From contig CAMRSX010000002.1 in the NCBI GenBank assembly GCA_947053595.1, positions 39,071-103,070 on the forward strand: a stretch of 64,000 nucleotides of DNA, written 5' to 3'. A program made the translations under genes and the position numbers. Positions 40,565-50,800 of the stretch are shown here, in pieces. The DNA is from an uncultured Clostridia bacterium. GTDB taxonomy: Bacteria > Bacillota > Clostridia > Christensenellales > UBA1242. The stretch's first letter is position 1; every line of letters begins with the position of its first letter. Under the pieces are notes generated by a model. It was not told where the DNA came from, did no database searches, and saw nothing but the letters and a program-made list of their open reading frames with translations.

Positions 40565-41293
40565 TCAGCCCTCTTCATCCAAATTAACGTTGTGATAAAC
40601 TTCCTGAACATCGTCCAAATCTTCCAGTGCGTCAACCATGCGCTGAAATTTCACTTGCTGCTCGGCTGTTAAATCCACATAAAGGTCTGGCACAAGCGCA
40701 GTTTCAGACGAAACAACATTATATCCCTTCTTCTCCAGTGCCTCTTGCATTTTGGTGTGCTCGTTGGGCTCGGTGATGATTTCAACACCTTCTTCGTCCT
40801 CCACAACGTCCACAGCGCCCTCTTCAATCGCGTCCAGCATAAGCGTGTCGACATCTTTAACATCCGTCACATACACGCTTCCTTTGCGATTGAAAAGATA
40901 TGAAACGCAGTTTGTGTTTCCCAAACTTCCGCCAAACTTGTCAAAAGCGTGGCGAACATCCCCTGCTGTGCGGTTTTTGTTGTCAGTCAAGCAGTCAACA
41001 ATCACAGCGCTGCCGCCAATTCCATAGCCCTCATAGGTGATTGCTTCATAGTTGACGCCAGAAAGCTCGCCACTCGCCTTTTTGATGGAGCGCTCGATGT
41101 TGTCGTTTGGCATATTGTTTTGCTTGGCTTTGGCAATGATGTCCTTCAGTTTGCTGTTGACATTTGGGTCTGCCCCGCCCATCTTCACGCACACAGCAAT
41201 CTCACGTCCAATTTTGGTGAAGATTTTGCCTCTTGCGGCGTCAGTTTTGCCTTTTTTGGCTTGTATATTGTGCCATTTTGAATGTCCTGACAT
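40565..41293 (-). CDS. yebC: YebC/PmpR family protein
   Basis: MSGHSKWHNI, YEGYG, TDNKNRT, DDVQEVYHN. Confidence 0.96.
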   Translation of the reverse strand: MSGHSKWHNIQAKKGKTDAARGKIFTKIGREIAVCVKMGGADPNVNSKLKDIIAKAKQNNMPNDNIERSIKKASGELSGVNYEAITYEGYGIGGSAVIVDCLTDNKNRTAGDVRHAFDKFGGSLGNTNCVSYLFNRKGSVYVTDVKDVDTLMLDAIEEGAVDVVEDEEGVEIITEPNEHTKMQEALEKKGYNVVSSETALVPDLYVDLTAEQQVKFQRMVDALEDLDDVQEVYHNVNLDEEG

Positions 41294-41387
41294 ATTTTTC
41301 TCCTTGAATATTAATTTTTCAATATATAATAAAACAAATTTGCAGTTTTTGTCAAATGAATGCCCTTAAAATTTCCGCTTAAATGGT

Positions 41388-42254
41388 TCACAGACCGTTT
41401 TTGTTTATTTCATACATGATGATGCTGCCGCTTACGGCTGCGTTGAGGCTTTCAATGCCCTCTTTCATTGGAATTTTGACGGTTTTGAAGCAGATTGCGG
41501 CAATCTCATCGCTCACGCCCTGCCCTTCATTTCCAACAACAACTCCAAGCAGTTGAGATTCTTCAACAGCATGCCAGCATTTGTTGTCCTCTGCAGAGTT
41601 GAAAAAATTAGCTGACACTTGCTGAGAATGACATGGGTGTTCTTTGTGCAAACTTTCAGTAAAATTGAAAATGTTTTCGCCATTCATATCGGTGCAAACA
41701 AGCTTCAATTTGTTGCGTTTTGCAAATTCCAAAAACTCAGTGCGTGACATCTCAAACACCTTGTTGTCAAACACAGCGCCAACCGAGCTGCGAATGAGTT
41801 TGGCATTGCTTTTTCTTACGCTGTCCAGCAAAAACACAAATTCAAAGCCGCAAGCTTTGGCTGTTCGGATGAGTGTGCCCACATTGCCGGGGTCTTGCAA
41901 GCCGTCCAAAACCAAAAAGTTTGTGTTTGGCTTAACCACAACATCTTGTGAGAGGTATGCAATGCATAACACTTTCTGTGGTGTTTTTGTGTCAGCTAGG
42001 CTTTCAATGGTTTTTGCATCTGTGGAAAAGGTTTCAACCAAATTTCTTTTGCTTTGCCCAAAATGATTAACAGCATCAATGCCAAGCTGTGCAAATTCTT
42101 CTTCGTTTAACGATGTCAAAAGACACTCTGGCTGGATTGTCCCCTTTGCCAAAGCGTCTTTGATGATTTTGACATTATCCAAAAAAAGCAAACTTTTGTT
42201 TTCTCGTTTTTGCTTCTTAAGGTTTGCCACAAAGTTTTTGCTTGCTTTTTGCAT
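41388..42254 (-). CDS. TrmH/SpoU-family RNA methyltransferase
   Basis: QDPGNVGTLIRT, VGNEGQG, IPM...ESLNAAV. Confidence 0.93.
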   Translation of the reverse strand: MQKASKNFVANLKKQKRENKSLLFLDNVKIIKDALAKGTIQPECLLTSLNEEEFAQLGIDAVNHFGQSKRNLVETFSTDAKTIESLADTKTPQKVLCIAYLSQDVVVKPNTNFLVLDGLQDPGNVGTLIRTAKACGFEFVFLLDSVRKSNAKLIRSSVGAVFDNKVFEMSRTEFLEFAKRNKLKLVCTDMNGENIFNFTESLHKEHPCHSQQVSANFFNSAEDNKCWHAVEESQLLGVVVGNEGQGVSDEIAAICFKTVKIPMKEGIESLNAAVSGSIIMYEINKNGL

Positions 42255-42311
42255 ATTAAAATTTCTCCCCTATGCCGCTGCCTCAAAAAAAACAAAAAGG
42301 CACATTGTGCC

Positions 42312-42659
42312 TTATGCCTTCTTTGCAAGTTTAACAAGTTCTGCAAAAGCTGCTGGCTCTCTAACTGCCATGTCAGCAAGCACTTTGCGGTTTAATGTCA
42401 CATTGGCTTTTTTCAAACCATCAACAAATCTTGAATAGGAAATGTCGTTTTGGTGACAAGCTGCGTTGATTCTTGTAATCCAAAGTGAACGGAAGTTTCT
42501 TTTCTTCAATTTTCTGCCAACATAAGCATATTGACCGCTTTTCATAACCTGCTCGCGAGCAGTTCTGTAAAGTTTGCTTTTTGCTCCAAAATAACCTTTG
42601 GCAGACTTCAAAATTTTTCTACGCTTTTTGACAGCGTTTACGCCTCTTTTAATTCTCAT
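42312..42659 (-). CDS. rplT: 50S ribosomal protein L20
   Basis: [24 protein letters not shown]. Confidence 0.98.
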   Translation of the reverse strand: MRIKRGVNAVKKRRKILKSAKGYFGAKSKLYRTAREQVMKSGQYAYVGRKLKKRNFRSLWITRINAACHQNDISYSRFVDGLKKANVTLNRKVLADMAVREPAAFAELVKLAKKA

Positions 42660-42674
42660 GTTTTCCTCCTAAAA

Positions 42675-42869
42675 TTATTTGCCAAGCAAAGTCTTGATGT
42701 TGTCGGCATTTTTTCCAGCAATATAAGACCCTTTTCTGAGTTTTCTTTTACGACTTTTGTTTTTTGAAGTTAAGAAGTGTCCCTTGTTTGGGCGTGCAAA
42801 CTTAACCTTTCCGGTTGCGGTGAGTGAAAATCTTTTCTTAACACCACTGTGAGTTTTTTGTTTAGGCAT
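42675..42869 (-). CDS. rpmI: 50S ribosomal protein L35
   Basis: MPKQKTHSGVKKRF; between infC and rplT. Confidence 0.97.
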   Translation of the reverse strand: MPKQKTHSGVKKRFSLTATGKVKFARPNKGHFLTSKNKSRKRKLRKGSYIAGKNADNIKTLLGK

Positions 42870-42884
42870 TTTCCTTTTCTCCTT

Positions 42885-43397
42885 TTACGCTTTTTTTGGA
42901 TTGATTACAACAGAAACGTTTCTGCCCATGATGACAGGCTCTTTGTCAATAAAACCGAAATCACCAATGTCAGCAACAAACTTTTTGACAATTTCAACAG
43001 CATTTTTTGAATAGGCTTGCTCTCTTCCGCGCATGCGCAGAGAAACCTTAACCTTGTCACCATCTTGAAGGATTTTTTGCGCGTTTTTAAGTTTGAAACT
43101 GATGTGATATTCATCAATCCTCATGGAAAGCTGAATTTCCTTAATTTCGCTTGTTTTTTGATTTTTGCGCATTTCTTTTTCTTTCTTGATAGTGTCAAAC
43201 TTATATTTGCCATAGTCCATAAGCTTGCAAACTGGTGGATTGGCATTTGGTGACATCAACACAAGGTCAACGCCTGCTTGGTCTGCCTTGTTTTGAGCCT
43301 CAAGCTTTGAAAGGACGCCAAGTTGCTCTCCTTCTTCGCCAATAAGACGCACTTCTTTTGCTGTGATTGCATTGTTGATTAAAAGTTCCTTAAAAAT
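42885..43397 (-). CDS. infC: Translation initiation factor IF-3 with ATT start
   Basis: In-frame ATT at 43397 placed after AAGGGG gives xFKELLINNAITAKEVRLIG; PPVCKLMDYGKY. Confidence 0.95.
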   Translation of the reverse strand: MFKELLINNAITAKEVRLIGEEGEQLGVLSKLEAQNKADQAGVDLVLMSPNANPPVCKLMDYGKYKFDTIKKEKEMRKNQKTSEIKEIQLSMRIDEYHISFKLKNAQKILQDGDKVKVSLRMRGREQAYSKNAVEIVKKFVADIGDFGFIDKEPVIMGRNVSVVINPKKA

Positions 43398-43419
43398 TGT
43401 CGTAATCCCCTTTTAAAAA

Positions 43420-43560
43420 ATAAATTGGTGAGATGCAAAAGCTTCCCACCAATCAAAAATCAAACAAAATGCAAAAACTGCACAGTGTGTTATTGAAATT
43501 TGTTTAAACCGCATCAAAACCAACTTCAATGGGTGAGAAGGGAAACTTCTACTTTCTTAC
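43420..43560 (-). promoter_or_regulatory. L20 leader (ribosomal protein autoregulatory RNA)
   Basis: Minus strand AGTAGAAGTTTCCCTTCTCACC hairpin, then ATTGGTGGGA...TCTCACCAAT hairpin with T-rich tail, upstream of infC-rpmI-rplT; TTGACA promoter at ~43591-43596. Confidence 0.75.
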
Positions 43561-43645
43561 TGCCATATAATAACACACAAACAGCGCCCATGTCAACAGA
43601 TTTTCAAAGATTTTCAAATTTTTTGCTTATTTTTTTTCTTTGGAT

Positions 43646-43999
43646 TTATTTGTTTAAATTCTGCAGTTTTTCAGCCAGTCGGTCTGCAGCAATTTTTGCG
43701 CCACTAATAATGTCGGTTGGTCGCCCATGCTTTTGCTTTGATTCTTCAAGAAAAATTTCATAAGACTTTTGCAAGTCATAATTGAAAATTTCACTAAAGC
43801 AAGCTGCCCACCTTCTGACACATCTTTCTTCGCTGGAAAAAGCAGCATCAAAAAATTCTTTTTGCTGATTTAAGGCATATATTTTTTGAACTGCTTTTTT
43901 CATCACAGCAAAGTTTTTGTTTATTGTTTTGTTGTCCCAAATCTCCGCAGCAGAAGCCAATCTGCTGCTGTCAACAAATTTTGCAAAATAGTCTTTCAT
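43646..43999 (-). CDS. Putative immunity protein (DUF2019-like helical protein)
   Basis: Last gene of the toxin operon; 117 aa; ERCVRRWAA HEAT-like motif; GAAGGGA RBS. Confidence 0.55.
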   Translation of the reverse strand: MKDYFAKFVDSSRLASAAEIWDNKTINKNFAVMKKAVQKIYALNQQKEFFDAAFSSEERCVRRWAACFSEIFNYDLQKSYEIFLEESKQKHGRPTDIISGAKIAADRLAEKLQNLNK

Positions 44000-44020
44000 T
44001 TCCCTTCTCTTGTTTTTTCA

Positions 44021-44395
44021 TCAGTTTTCACAACTGGGATATTCATCATACGGGTCGTTGTAATATTCGCGTGGAAGGAGAATCCAGAAGCCCGAATCGA
44101 CAAGGTGTGATAACTGCATTCTTTTTCCATCATTAAGCTTGCTGTAATCATCCCCAAACATATCCTTCCAACTTTTCTTTATATCCCCAACCATCAGATA
44201 GTCCACTTTTCCGCTGAAAGTGTCAAACACCATCTTAGGAAAATCTCCAAGTTCAAATTCTTGCATTTTCTTAAAGGTTTCAGCATCATCAGGCGAGCCA
44301 TGCAGAGTTCGATAAATCTTTTTCTCTAAGCGTTGATATTCCTTATATTTTTTTGCAAGTTCCGGATATTCCTCAAATTTAAACTGCATTATCAT
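44021..44395 (-). CDS. Putative immunity protein, paralog 2
   Basis: 124 aa; 90/124 identical to the adjacent paralog (hand count). Confidence 0.75.
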   Translation of the reverse strand: MIMQFKFEEYPELAKKYKEYQRLEKKIYRTLHGSPDDAETFKKMQEFELGDFPKMVFDTFSGKVDYLMVGDIKKSWKDMFGDDYSKLNDGKRMQLSHLVDSGFWILLPREYYNDPYDEYPSCEN

Positions 44396-44423
44396 TTTTA
44401 TTTTTCCTTATTTTACTTTTTCA

Positions 44424-44798
44424 TCAGTTTTCACAACTGGGATATTCGTCATACGGGTCGTTGTAATATTCGCGTGGAAGGAGAACATAAAATCCTCCAT
44501 CCACAATATTTGCCAATGTTTCTTTTTGTTCATCAGTAAGCTTGCTATAATCATTACCGATTACTTCACTCCATGTTTTTTTTGTGTGTCCAACCATCAC
44601 ATATTCAATTTTTCCATTAAAGATGTCAAACACCATTTTGGGAAAATCTCCGTGTTCAAACTCATGAATTTTTTTTAAAGTTTCAGCATCATCAGGTGAG
44701 CCATGCAATGTGCGATAAAGCTTTTTTCTTAATTTTTCATACTCTTTGTATTTTTTAGCAATCTCTGGATATTCCTCAAATTTAAACTGCATTATCAT
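44424..44798 (-). CDS. Putative cognate immunity protein, paralog 1
   Basis: Start MIMQFKF 2 nt after the toxin stop, with a GGAGG RBS inside the toxin 3' end. Confidence 0.75.
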   Translation of the reverse strand: MIMQFKFEEYPEIAKKYKEYEKLRKKLYRTLHGSPDDAETLKKIHEFEHGDFPKMVFDIFNGKIEYVMVGHTKKTWSEVIGNDYSKLTDEQKETLANIVDGGFYVLLPREYYNDPYDEYPSCEN

Positions 44799-44800
44799 TT

Positions 44801-47800
44801 TTATTTTCCTCCATTTAGCAAATAGTTTTTTGTGTTGAAGAGGTCTTGTCGGAGTTTTGTAAAATCTCCATTGCACTCTCCAACCAAAAATTTGATTGCA
44901 TCTTGCCCACCTGCGTGTGCAAGAGCGTTGTGGTCTTTTGTTTTCACAAACAGGCAAGTGTGCATATCTTCCAATTCATCCCAAGTGTAGCCAAGTCCGC
45001 CAGATTTAACGCCCCTTCTAACCTCAGCGACATTATGATATCTCAATCTGTTGCGGGAAGGGTCATTATAGTCAATTTTAATTCCTTTATCTCTAAAGTA
45101 TGCTTTTACATCATCTGGAATTGTATCTGGATGTTCATTCCATTGCTTTGCCATTTGTTCATCTGCATAGTCAAATGTTTTTTTGCGGTTGCCGGCAACA
45201 ATTCCGCCCTTGATGAACACACTGCCCTCTGACATAACCTTTCTGTCAATATAGCCATTTTTGATTGGCATCAACTGCCCTGCGTTTTTGCCGTTTTTGA
45301 TTAACACATAAGCTTCTTGTGTTGGGTCTTGCAGCAAATCTGCCTTTGTGAGTTTTCTGCTTGAGCCGTCAGGATTTCTTCCAACAATTTCATAGTTTTT
45401 GTTTTTATCGCTTGGCAGATGATATTTAATTCGATTTTGCATTCTGGCAAGTTCTTCTGGTGATGGACCAACTGTTGGACCCTTTGCCAAAAGATTTGTT
45501 TTGCCCCTATAGCCATTTTCGATTTTGTATTTTTGTGTGCCGTCTTTTGAAACAAGATATGCCTCTTGTTTTGGATTTTTAAGAAGGTCGGCTTTTGTGA
45601 TTTTTTTGCCGTCTGCACCCTCATAAGACCAGTTTTCGTTTTTGTCACTTGGAAGAGTGTGCTTAATTCGGCTTTTGGTTGCATTTTCTTCAATTTTTGC
45701 TGCGCGATGATTTTTTGCTGAGGTGATTGCCGCATTGCCAAGCACCGCCATTCCGCTCATGAATGCGCCCATGCCAAGAGAAAGCAATGCTCCTTCAATG
45801 GACATTGGCTGTCCGGAAATTGCACAGCTGATTGCATAGCTCACAAAGCTGGTTATGGTGCCGGCAACAATGTCGCCAACAGCGCGGAACCATGCAAGTT
45901 TGCCGGCAATCTTTTCGGAGAATTTGCCAAGCAGTTCGCCGCCGCCATACATCAAAATGCTGGTTGCCATGCCAAGCCCAACGGACTTCATGCAATCTCG
46001 CAGTGATGGGGTTTCGCCGTTGGCAGCGCAAGTTATCATATATGAACATGTTCCGCCATAGAATGCCGACAGTGCCTGCGCGCCCGCTTTAATCAAGAAT
46101 TTTTGGAAAACAGTTTTTCCAACAGACGCAATTTTTGCAGCGCTGTTGAAATATGCGCCAAAGCCGCCTGTTATGGCACCCGTCAAGGCGCTCACTCCAA
46201 CAGACTTCCAATCCACATTTGTGACAGCTTTTCCTGAAATTGTCACCTGTGTGAAAATGTCAATGGCAGCGCTTATCATTGCTCCTCCCGCAATGTCGCC
46301 CAGCCCCGGTGCAACAGCGCAAAGCACAATGCCAGCAAACACAACTGCTGCCGCAGCAATGGCAATCATTATGCGTTCAAACAGGCTTGCTCTTGTGGAA
46401 GGTAAATCCAACACTTCCACTTGCCCGTCTTCGGTGATGAGGAAATATTGTGTTTTTTCGATGTTGGCTTCATACCACAGCAGCGTGTCTGCATCCACGC
46501 CCAAAAATTTTTCGTCTTGATTGTGCGACATATATGAGTTTATTGCCGCTGCCGAAATGAAGTCTGCCTTTTCAACAAACACTTCCATGCCGTTTTGGTC
46601 TTGATTTGCCAAATAGCCTTGCAAGGTTTCCAGTGTCTGCTGGAAGGAAACATTGGAAGTTATGGAATAGGCATCAAACTTGTGCTCTTGCCCATAGTTT
46701 GGATAATGGCACACAGAGCCTGTGTCATAGTTATACACTTTGCCATAAGCGTCCACATAGCAAGTTGGAGAATCTGGCATGCGTGTGCAAATGAGCGCGT
46801 GATTTGCAACATAATATGTGACATATTCTTCATAAGCAACATAGTGATTGACTCCCCACTTTTCGTCCAGCTTAAGCAAAAATTTGTTATATTCAAAATC
46901 TTCTTGATTTTCTTCCAAGCGCTCAACAAAGATGTCTTTTTTGAGGTCTTCCTCTTGCAGCATATATTGCCCGTTGTATGCAATGAAGCCCGCGCCAAAA
47001 TATTTCTCTTCGCCAACTTCAAAGCCTGTGGCATAGTGCGTGAAGCCAATGCCCTTGATGACTTTGTTTTCGCCAGAAATTGTGGCGGTGGCATCAAACA
47101 CATCTTCATAGCCCATTTCCAGCAAGTCAACCATAACCAAAGAGTTTAGGAAGCTTTGTTTGTTGTTGAAGCCAAGCTCGTCAACATATTCTTCTGCAAG
47201 TGCATATTCGCTTGAGCGCACTTGCCAAGAAGCGTCCTCTTGCTGCGCCTGAAGCTGCAAAAGTTGTTGCTTTTCATTTTGCCGGTCAATCACGCGAGAG
47301 ATGGTTTTTGTGAAAGCCTGCTCTTCTGCCAAGCCCTTTGATGCCATAAGCAGAATGCCTTGCGACAATGTCAACATGCAAAAGCACAAAACGGCAATGA
47401 TGATTGGCACAATCACGCGGTCATAAAACCCTTTTTTTGCACTGAGTTTAACTGCCTTTGCGCCCTTTATTTTTTGCGGCTGTGCATATTTTTGTCGGAC
47501 ATAAGTTTCAAGATTGTCCGCTGCGCCAAGGTTGCCACTTAAGTGAAGCTGAGTTTTGTATGCGCCCTCTGGTGCACTGAAAGCTTCCACGCAATAAGAG
47601 AATTTGTTGTTTTTGATGAAGCGCTTTAAGAATACAAACAAAAGCCCACCAAATGTGACAAGAAGCGCAAGATAAATCAAAAGCTTGGATGTTGTGGAGG
47701 CAAATCCGCCGTCTGCAATCACAAGGTTGGATTTCCCGCCAACAACGGCATCGTCTGCCACAGTTGCACTTTTCAGCCAGATTGCAGAAAGCTTGATGGC

Positions 47801-50800
47801 AGTTTGATTTTCTTCTGAAATCACATCCAAAAGGTCAATTTCGTCGGTGAAAATTTTTCCGCTGAGTTTGCTGCTTTCATACAGCCAGCCCTCAAACAAA
47901 AGGCCATCTTTGCTTTGCAGCTGTGGAAGCGAAATTTTGCCCGTTTTTGGGCAGCTGAGCACAGAGACAACATCTTTATCAACCAGTGTGATTTTCACCT
48001 CTGCCTCGGTGCCTTGCTGGATGTTGGTGATGTTGTCATTGCTTTTCCAAACGGCCTCAAGTGTCATGGATGCAACGTTTGGCACGTTGGCAATTTGTCC
48101 ACGATAAAATCTGTAAGTGCCGTCGGCTTGTGTGAAGCGGAAGCCATAAAGTGAATATCCCTCTTTGGAAAGCTGTGGCAAAACTTGGCTGTCATCCACA
48201 CTCTTGGTGTAGTGCGCAATTTCAGTGCCGTCCAAAATGGAAATTTCCACTTTTTCAAAGCTCCAAGCGGCAGTGAACGTGGTGTCGGAAGTTCCGTCAA
48301 ACACAAATTCGCCTGCTGGCTTTATGTTGCCTTGTTCGTCTGCCCAGCCCAAAAATTTCAGGTTTTCGTCGTCAGACGAAAGCTGTGGCAGATTGATTAT
48401 TTTGCCGGCATACACCTTTTCTTGGCTGAGAATTTCGCCGTTGTTTGAAAGTGTCAGATTGCAAATTTTGCTGGCATTGGTGATTCTGACAAACAGATTT
48501 GAGGTGTTGCCCAAGCGGTCTTGCAGCACAATTTCATGCAAGCCCACTTCGTTGAGCATTGGCAGATTTTCCACTTCGTCCAGCTGGCAGATGATCTCTT
48601 GCCCATTTGCCTTTTTAAGTTTGATTATGCCATATGGGTCAAGCTGATTGAAAGCTTCTTCAAAAATTATGCTGTTGGCACAAATGGTGGTGTTGTTGTC
48701 CATTTGGTTGAAGGTTTTTGTGGCAGAGGTGCCATCCAAAAGCACGGTCAGTTCAAGTGAAGTGGTGACATCACCCTTGCGGATGTAAACTGCTGAAAAA
48801 GTTGTTGTGCCAAACGCGTTGATTTCTGTGATGTTGTATTTGCCTGTTGGAGCTGATTTCATTTCCAAAAATTCTTGAATGGAAACGCCAAAAGGCACGC
48901 TGTATTTCATCGAGCCATCCTCTTTTTCAACGCACACGCCTTGCCCTGCAGATTCAAACTCTGCAACCTTAAGAAAATATAAATCTCTTGTTTCTTCGCT
49001 CACCTTTTTGAATACGCCGTCCTCTTCTTCAAGATAAGCAAGTTTTTGGCTGTTTAAAAACATTTCGCCAGCCGTCATGTCCAAAGTTGCATCAGCGTCG
49101 GCAAAAATGAGAACATCCTTTTCAAAATTTCTGTTTGTGATGTTGACAAATTCTTCGACATCTTCGGCTTTGGCAGTTTTGGAGGCTTCTTCATCTTCAG
49201 CGTTGTCTGTTGGCAGAATTATGCTTGTTTTAAGCGTGAGGAAAGTGTCAGGATTGTTTGCGTCAAAATATCTTTTTTCCACCATGTTTTTTGCTTTTTG
49301 ATGCAAAACGCTTAGCATTGCAATTTCTGAAGTGTAAGTTTTTCCGTCAAACACAAAACCATTCTCAAATTTTGTGACTGTGCTGACAAGATGCTTGCAA
49401 GCAAACTCGAAGGCAGCGTTTTCATTTAAAAACACCACCAAAAGCTTGCCTTTGCCTGCGGTTGGAATTTTGGCAACATAGTGCAAACTGGCAAAATCTC
49501 TGGTTGCCACCATGGTTTGCAAAGTTTCAAGGTTGGCAGAAGGTGCAAAGCCAGTGTCTCTCACCTCAAACTTGCTGACAAACACAAAATTGTCGCCTGT
49601 GGCTGTGCCAAGAAAATATTCTTCGTTGTTGGCAAAAATGGCAACATATTTTCCGCTTTCAAAGTTGCTGAAACTCCAATTTTTGTCGGTGGCAGTTTTT
49701 TGGGCAATCAAAGTGCCGTTTGGTAAAACAGAGGCGCTGTATTTTTGCTGATGTTCATCCCATTCGCCTTCCACCTTAAAAACCTTTCCCACAAGTGGAG
49801 CATGCAGGATGCTTGAGTTTTTGTTTTCGTCCAGTGTCCTGATTTTTGTTTGACCTTTCACATAAACGGGATAGATGGAATTTGGGTCAAACACGCGCTG
49901 GCTGTCCTCGTCCACAAGGTTGCCGCCAAAATATATTTCTTTGTTTCTTTCTTTTCCGCTTTCGTGAATGTAAACGGTTTTGTTTCTCACCATGCCAAGC
50001 TTGGTTTTGATTTTGAAGTCATATCTGCCCGGTGTGTAAAACACATCGCCGTCCTTGGCAATTTTGCTGTTGGTGCTGCCATTTTGGGTGTATGAAATTT
50101 CATAGTTCTCGCCCATTGTGTCCAAACGGAAGCCGTCAACAGAGCCCTGATTGTTGCTGATTGCGCCAGTTTTTCTTTCGGTGTCGGTGGCCTCGTCTGG
50201 CTGTTGAGTTTGTTCTTCGTCATCAGCGTTTGTGGCTTGAAAATAAAGATTTTGAAAAATTATTTCACCGCTTGAGTTGCAAAGATAGAATGTGGTTTGC
50301 TCCACAACATTTTTGTAAGAATATGTTTTGCCCTTAAACCATTTCCAGCCCTCATAGTGCCTGATTTCATAAGCAACGGTGATTTTGATGTAAACGCCTT
50401 TTTGCAAGTCTTCGCCAAGAGGAGTGTAAACTGTGAAAGGTGTGGTGTGGTTGTTTGGATTGAATTGATTGAAAAAGTCAACCGTGTGCAAGCCTTCCGC
50501 CATGGCGTTGTCTTTTGCGTAAGAGTTAACTCTCTTCCAATCCGCTTTGGATGTTGGCAAACTTTTGTCTTCTGTTGGAACAAACTTTTGCACAATCACC
50601 GCGCCATATCCCACGCAGCCAACAGAGGACATTCCATCAATGGAGCCCTCCCAGCCATCATCACTGATTGACCAATATTTGCTGCTTGCGTTGGACAAAG
50701 TTTTGTTGTCATTGAAAGAATAGTTATATTTCAGTGCAATGCCAACTTTTCTGTGCCCTGCAACAATTGGATTGCCGTTTTCGTCTTTTTTCAGCTCGCC

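Noticed and set aside
44021-44798. Diversity-generating retroelement TR/VR pair
   Set aside because: No reverse transcriptase in the window; both copies are complete genes with RBSs and the differences are spread across the middle (adenine specificity not formally counted)
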